A stretch of 64,000 nucleotides of DNA from Sulfuricurvum sp. GTDB lineage: Bacteria; Campylobacterota; Campylobacteria; Campylobacterales; Sulfurimonadaceae. Position 1 is the stretch's first letter. Each line of letters starts with the position of its first letter. This document shows positions 59,986-64,000 of this stretch, piece by piece. The stretch spans positions 1,282-65,281 of the forward strand of contig NZ_JAFLKV010000015.1 in NCBI RefSeq assembly GCF_019163035.1. The letters run 5' to 3'. The translations under genes and the position numbers were made by a program. The notes beneath the pieces were generated by a model. The model was not told where the DNA came from. It searched no databases and saw only the letters and a program-made list of their open reading frames with translations.

Positions 59986-60879
59986 TTATGCTCCTGCGAT
60001 GGTGTAATTTTTTAGAACTTCTTCGAGTTTTTTCATATTCTCAGCACTTGGTGCAACAAGGGGCAGTCGGTATTCGAGAGTATCGAGTAGCCCTGCGAGG
60101 TACATTGCCGCTTTGATCATAACGGGGTTCGATTCCAAAAAGAGGGCTTTGTTGATCGGGAAAAGGTGATCGTTCAGCGTTTTTGCCCCGTTCATATCCC
60201 CATCCAGCGCTTTGGCTACGAGGGAACTTTTGAGATCTGGGAGGAGGTTAGAGGTAACGGAAGTAATACCTGCTCCGCCGCACGCTAAAATAGCGTAATC
60301 GATAGCGTCATCCCCACACAACACTTTGAGTTCCGGTCTGCGTGAGAGGAGTTCGATGGTGCGCTCGATACTCCCTGTCGCCTCTTTGATCCCGTAAATG
60401 TTTTGCACATCATCAAAAAGACGGATAACAGTGTCGGCACTAATGTCAACCATCGTTCGTCCCGGAACGTTATAGAGCATAAACGGCAACTCAGGCACAG
60501 ACTCTGCAATCGCTTTGTAGTGTTGATACAGCCCCTCTTGGGAGGGTTTGTTGTAATAAGGCGCAACGGAAAATATAGCATCAACTCCACATTCTTGTGC
60601 AGTACGAGCTGCTTCTATCGCTTCAGCAGTTGAGTTGCTTCCTGCTCCTGCAAGGACTTTGGTAGAGGTTCCTTTGCAGACAGCAACAGCAATTTCCATG
60701 CAAATACGATCTTCATCATACGTTAAGGTAGCACTTTCTCCTGTCGTTCCAACGGGACAAACGGCATTAATCCCGTTATTGATCTGTCGTTGGATAAGTT
60801 CAGCGTATTTTTGTTCATCCAATTTTCCGTTTTTAAACGGCGTTATAAGGGCGGTGGTTGAACCGGTAACTAGATTCAT
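59986..60879 (-). CDS. dapA: 4-hydroxy-tetrahydrodipicolinate synthase
   Basis: TALITPF, GTTGES, PYYNKP, LYNVPGRT, GIKEATG. Confidence 0.96.
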   Translation of the reverse strand: MNLVTGSTTALITPFKNGKLDEQKYAELIQRQINNGINAVCPVGTTGESATLTYDEDRICMEIAVAVCKGTSTKVLAGAGSNSTAEAIEAARTAQECGVDAIFSVAPYYNKPSQEGLYQHYKAIAESVPELPFMLYNVPGRTMVDISADTVIRLFDDVQNIYGIKEATGSIERTIELLSRRPELKVLCGDDAIDYAILACGGAGITSVTSNLLPDLKSSLVAKALDGDMNGAKTLNDHLFPINKALFLESNPVMIKAAMYLAGLLDTLEYRLPLVAPSAENMKKLEEVLKNYTIAGA

Positions 60880-62177
60880 TTTTTACCTTTTCGTAGGATT
60901 AGCGTGGTTGATTTTTCAGGAACCAAATAGGTTTTTGCGACGTTTTGGATCTCTTCTGGGTTAAGCGCTTCGATAGCGGCTTCATACTTCATCAGCGGAG
61001 CAATATCGCCGCGAGCGAGATAACTTCCGAAGAGTTCGGCAACGGAGGTCGAACTCTCTAACGAGTAGATGAAATCGGCTTTGGTGTTGATCTTAACTTT
61101 ATCCACTTCGGCTTTTTCAATCGGTGTATTTTGGAGCGTGTGGATAACAGCCCAAATCTCTTTTTCCACCTCTTCGGCTTTGACACCGTTGTTGCAGACG
61201 GCTAAAAAGAGGAACACGCCCGGATCGATATTTTCCATATTGTAGGCGTAGATTTGGTTGACGAGACGTTTTTCATCCACCAAAATGCGGTTAAGACGAG
61301 AGCTTTTGCCGGAACTGAGCATTTCACTGAGTGCGGAGAGTTTCGGCTGATCGGGATGTTGGAAGTTCGGGATCGGGAAGCTGATGGCGAGCATCTCCAC
61401 TTCGCTCTCTTTGTTTACTTCGACACGTCGTGCGCCGTCTTGTTCGGGTTCAATCACTTTTTTCGTAGGGATTTCGAGGGTATTGGCTACGGCACCGAAT
61501 TGTTTTTGCGCCTCTTCAAATACGCTCGCGGGTTTAATATCACCTGTTACGACCAAAATCGCATTTTTCGGCTGATAGTAGGTTTGATGAAAACTACGGA
61601 TATCGTCCAGTGTCCATGTCTGAATATCGTTCATAAACCCGATTGGTGTCCAGTGGTAGGGATGATAAATATACGCGCTGTTAAAAAGGCGAAAATAAAG
61701 ATAACCCATCGGATTATTATCGGTTCTCCATCGGCGCTCTTCGGCGACAACGTTGCGTTCCGGCTGAAACTCTTCGTCTTTGAGGTTAAGATTTTGCATC
61801 AACTCCGAGAAGAGGGAGAGTGATTTGGAGAGATTTTCACTGCTTGATTTGATATAGTAGTGGGTGAAGTCAAATCCCGTCGAAGCGTTATTCATCCCTC
61901 CGACACTTTTTACCTCTTCGTCAAACTCGCCCGCTTTGAGATTTTTGGTCGATTTGAAATTCATGTGCTCCAACATATGAGCGATACCGCTTTTTCCCAT
62001 AACCTCGTTGCGGCTCCCCACTTGATAAAAAATATCGGTGGAGATAACTTTAGAGCCGTTATCCATCGGAATCGCAACTACCTGCAACCCGTTGGAGAGG
62101 GTCTGGGTTTCATAATGAGGTAGTGATGATGCCATAAGGGTTCCTAAAGAGAAAATAGTTGCAACGAGGAGTTTCAT
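60876..62177 (-). CDS. M16 family zinc protease
   Basis: Inverted zincin HMLEH, NASTGFD.THY, ERNVVAEERR. N-terminal signal peptide. Confidence 0.92.
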   Translation of the reverse strand: MKLLVATIFSLGTLMASSLPHYETQTLSNGLQVVAIPMDNGSKVISTDIFYQVGSRNEVMGKSGIAHMLEHMNFKSTKNLKAGEFDEEVKSVGGMNNASTGFDFTHYYIKSSSENLSKSLSLFSELMQNLNLKDEEFQPERNVVAEERRWRTDNNPMGYLYFRLFNSAYIYHPYHWTPIGFMNDIQTWTLDDIRSFHQTYYQPKNAILVVTGDIKPASVFEEAQKQFGAVANTLEIPTKKVIEPEQDGARRVEVNKESEVEMLAISFPIPNFQHPDQPKLSALSEMLSSGKSSRLNRILVDEKRLVNQIYAYNMENIDPGVFLFLAVCNNGVKAEEVEKEIWAVIHTLQNTPIEKAEVDKVKINTKADFIYSLESSTSVAELFGSYLARGDIAPLMKYEAAIEALNPEEIQNVAKTYLVPEKSTTLILRKGKK

Positions 62178-63232
62178 TGCCGATCTGCGCCGATTGCTTC
62201 GGTAATCGAGGTAAACCCGTCCGATGCCAAAAGGTCTATAAGGCCGCTGTTGATCTCTTCGACCACTTCAGGACCTTTGAAAATCAACGACGTGTAAATT
62301 TGTACGAGTGAGGCTCCGGCACGGATACGGCGGTATGCCTCTTCGGGTGAGTTAATCCCGCCGACACTGATAAGGGTTGTTTTGCCGAACAGTTCACGGG
62401 CAATCGCATCGAAGATATAAAAACTGCGTTCGCGCAGCACTTCACCGCTCAGACCTCCGATCTCTTCAGGCTCACTGACGAGGGAATAGTCTACCGTCGT
62501 ATTGGTTGCGATGATACCGTCCGCTCCGCTCTCAACCGCGTGGACACAGAGAGCTACCGCTTGATCTTCGGACATATCAGGGGCAATTTTGAGCAAAATC
62601 GGTTTGGTGGTAATCGCTTTGGCTTCGGCAAAGAGTTGGCTGATAAACGCTTCATTTTGAAGATCACGCAATCCCGGAGTGTTCGGGGATGAGATATTGA
62701 TAACCATGTAGTCGGCATACTCATGGAGTGCTTTGATGAGAGTCGTATAATCTTTGATCGCTCTATCTTCGGGGGTGATTTTGTTTTTTCCGATATTGAC
62801 ACCGATTGGGGTACTGAACGGGTAAATATTTTTGAGACGGTGAGAGATACGGAAAAGCCCGTCATTATTGAATCCCATCGCATTTTGGAGGGATTCTTCT
62901 TCGATATGTCTCCACAAGCGGGGACGGGGATTTCCCTCTTGAGGTTTCGGGGTGAGGGTACCGATCTCACTGAACCCGAACCCCATTGCCATTACACCGT
63001 GAAACATCGTCGCATTTTTATCAAATCCTGCCGCAAGACCGACCGGATTGAGAAATGTTCGTCCGAACAACTCTTGGGAGAGGGAAGGGTGGCTTACGAA
63101 ATGTTTCGCCATCCAACCATTGGCGAGGGGAGGACAAAAGCTTGCACCGTTTAATAGCGCAGCGGCAAGGGTATGCGCATTTTCGGGCTGAAGTTTAAAA
63201 AGCCAAGGTTTTAGAGATTCGTAATCAAACAT
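62174..63232 (-). CDS. pyrD: Dihydroorotate dehydrogenase (quinone)
   Basis: NPVGLAAGFDKN, NISSPNTPGLR, KIAPD, GGLSG. The likely start is ATG 63232. Confidence 0.96.
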   Translation of the reverse strand: MFDYESLKPWLFKLQPENAHTLAAALLNGASFCPPLANGWMAKHFVSHPSLSQELFGRTFLNPVGLAAGFDKNATMFHGVMAMGFGFSEIGTLTPKPQEGNPRPRLWRHIEEESLQNAMGFNNDGLFRISHRLKNIYPFSTPIGVNIGKNKITPEDRAIKDYTTLIKALHEYADYMVINISSPNTPGLRDLQNEAFISQLFAEAKAITTKPILLKIAPDMSEDQAVALCVHAVESGADGIIATNTTVDYSLVSEPEEIGGLSGEVLRERSFYIFDAIARELFGKTTLISVGGINSPEEAYRRIRAGASLVQIYTSLIFKGPEVVEEINSGLIDLLASDGFTSITEAIGADRQ

Positions 63233-63295
63233 GCCATCCGCCTCTTGAAGAGTTAAAATTGACGCGATTATACTCAAAAAAGGATTAATAGGGGA

Positions 63296-64000
63296 TTATT
63301 CTCCCATTTTCCCCGCAAGACGGCGATAGTTTTCGGAGGTTTCAAGCAGTTCTTGATGGGTTCCGCGAGCGATGATATGCCCTTCTTCAAAATACAAAAT
63401 CGTATCGGCATGGGTGATCGTACTGAGACGGTGGGCGATAATGAGGGTGATTTTGTCTTGGGCATACTCATGTAATGCCGCTTGGATCCGTTTTTCACTT
63501 TCATTATCCAGTGCGCTGGTCGCTTCATCCAAAATCAAAAGCGAGGCGTGTTTGTAGATGGCACGGGCGATGGCGATACGTTGGCGCTGACCGCCAGAGA
63601 GGTTGGCACCGAACTCTTGCATCACAGTATGAATTCCCTCAGGGAGCGCGGAAGCAAATTCAAGAGCATCCGCTTTTTGAAGAGCCATTTTAACCCGCTC
63701 TTCATCGATATCTGACCCATACGCGACATTCCCCGCTAAGGTGTCTTGGAAGATATAGACCCGCTGTGATACGGCGGCGATCTGGTTGCGGAGCGAATTT
63801 TGGGTGTACGATTTTAGGTTTTGATGATTGAGTGAAATCGTCCCTTCGGTGGGATCATAGAATCGTAGTAAGAGGTTGATAAGAGAGCTTTTCCCACCGC
63901 CACTTTGCCCGACGAGGGCGACTATTTCCCCTTTGTCGATCGTAAGATCGATATGTGAAAGTGCCGTTTTTTCACCAAAATCGAGGCTAACGTTCTCAAA
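63296..64000 (-). CDS. msbA: MsbA-like ABC transporter, ATPase part (5'-truncated by the window edge)
   Basis: The frame is open to 64000. GQSGGGKS Walker A, LSGGQRQRIAIARA, ILDEATSALD, IAHRLST. Position upstream of pyrD. Confidence 0.8.
   Translation of the reverse strand, partial: FENVSLDFGEKTALSHIDLTIDKGEIVALVGQSGGGKSSLINLLLRFYDPTEGTISLNHQNLKSYTQNSLRNQIAAVSQRVYIFQDTLAGNVAYGSDIDEERVKMALQKADALEFASALPEGIHTVMQEFGANLSGGQRQRIAIARAIYKHASLLILDEATSALDNESEKRIQAALHEYAQDKITLIIAHRLSTITHADTILYFEEGHIIARGTHQELLETSENYRRLAGKMGE

Noticed and set aside
1-64000. rRNA, tRNA, prophage, integrase or IS elements
   Set aside because: None were recognised. Intergenic spaces are short, and no cloverleaf, transposase or recombinase motifs were seen.

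Overview
This looks like a Campylobacterota chromosomal window, possibly from a Sulfuricurvum/Sulfurimonas-like organism. That is inferred from FlgS, MutS7, FapA, the msbA-pyrD-M16 protease-dapA-SDR gene order and the autotransporter signal peptide. Core genes (rpsA-hyp-serA; efp-DJ-1-dnaE; apeB-flgS; msbA..yggS) alternate with two accessory blocks. Block 1 (1-17.4 kb) starts with two tandem autotransporters. They have divergent passengers but share an apparently identical 1,215-bp linker/beta-barrel cassette. Downstream are a CphA-like ATP-grasp ligase with a degenerate Mur domain, two SAM methyltransferases, a lipoprotein alpha/beta hydrolase, a TIGR03032(DUF4915)-TPR protein, a GNAT-like/ATP-grasp fusion and a PAPS supply/recycling set (cysD, cysN, two cysC, cysQ) with no reduction genes. 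A shared TGCGAT direct-repeat promoter motif links the adhesin gene and the enzyme operon. This block is my best candidate for an undescribed surface-adhesin modification system. Block 2 (21.4-45.4 kb) holds a putative gas/redox-sensing c-di-GMP operon (HD-GYP regulator, globin+CZB hybrid kinase, FIST/NosP, two duplicated kinases). It also holds MutS7 (MutS-HNH), a multi-receiver protein, a soluble double-Cache-CheW protein, SelO, FapA and a split RND efflux system. I recognised no rRNA, tRNA, CRISPR array, integrase or transposase. All calls come from reading motifs by eye, with no database searches.
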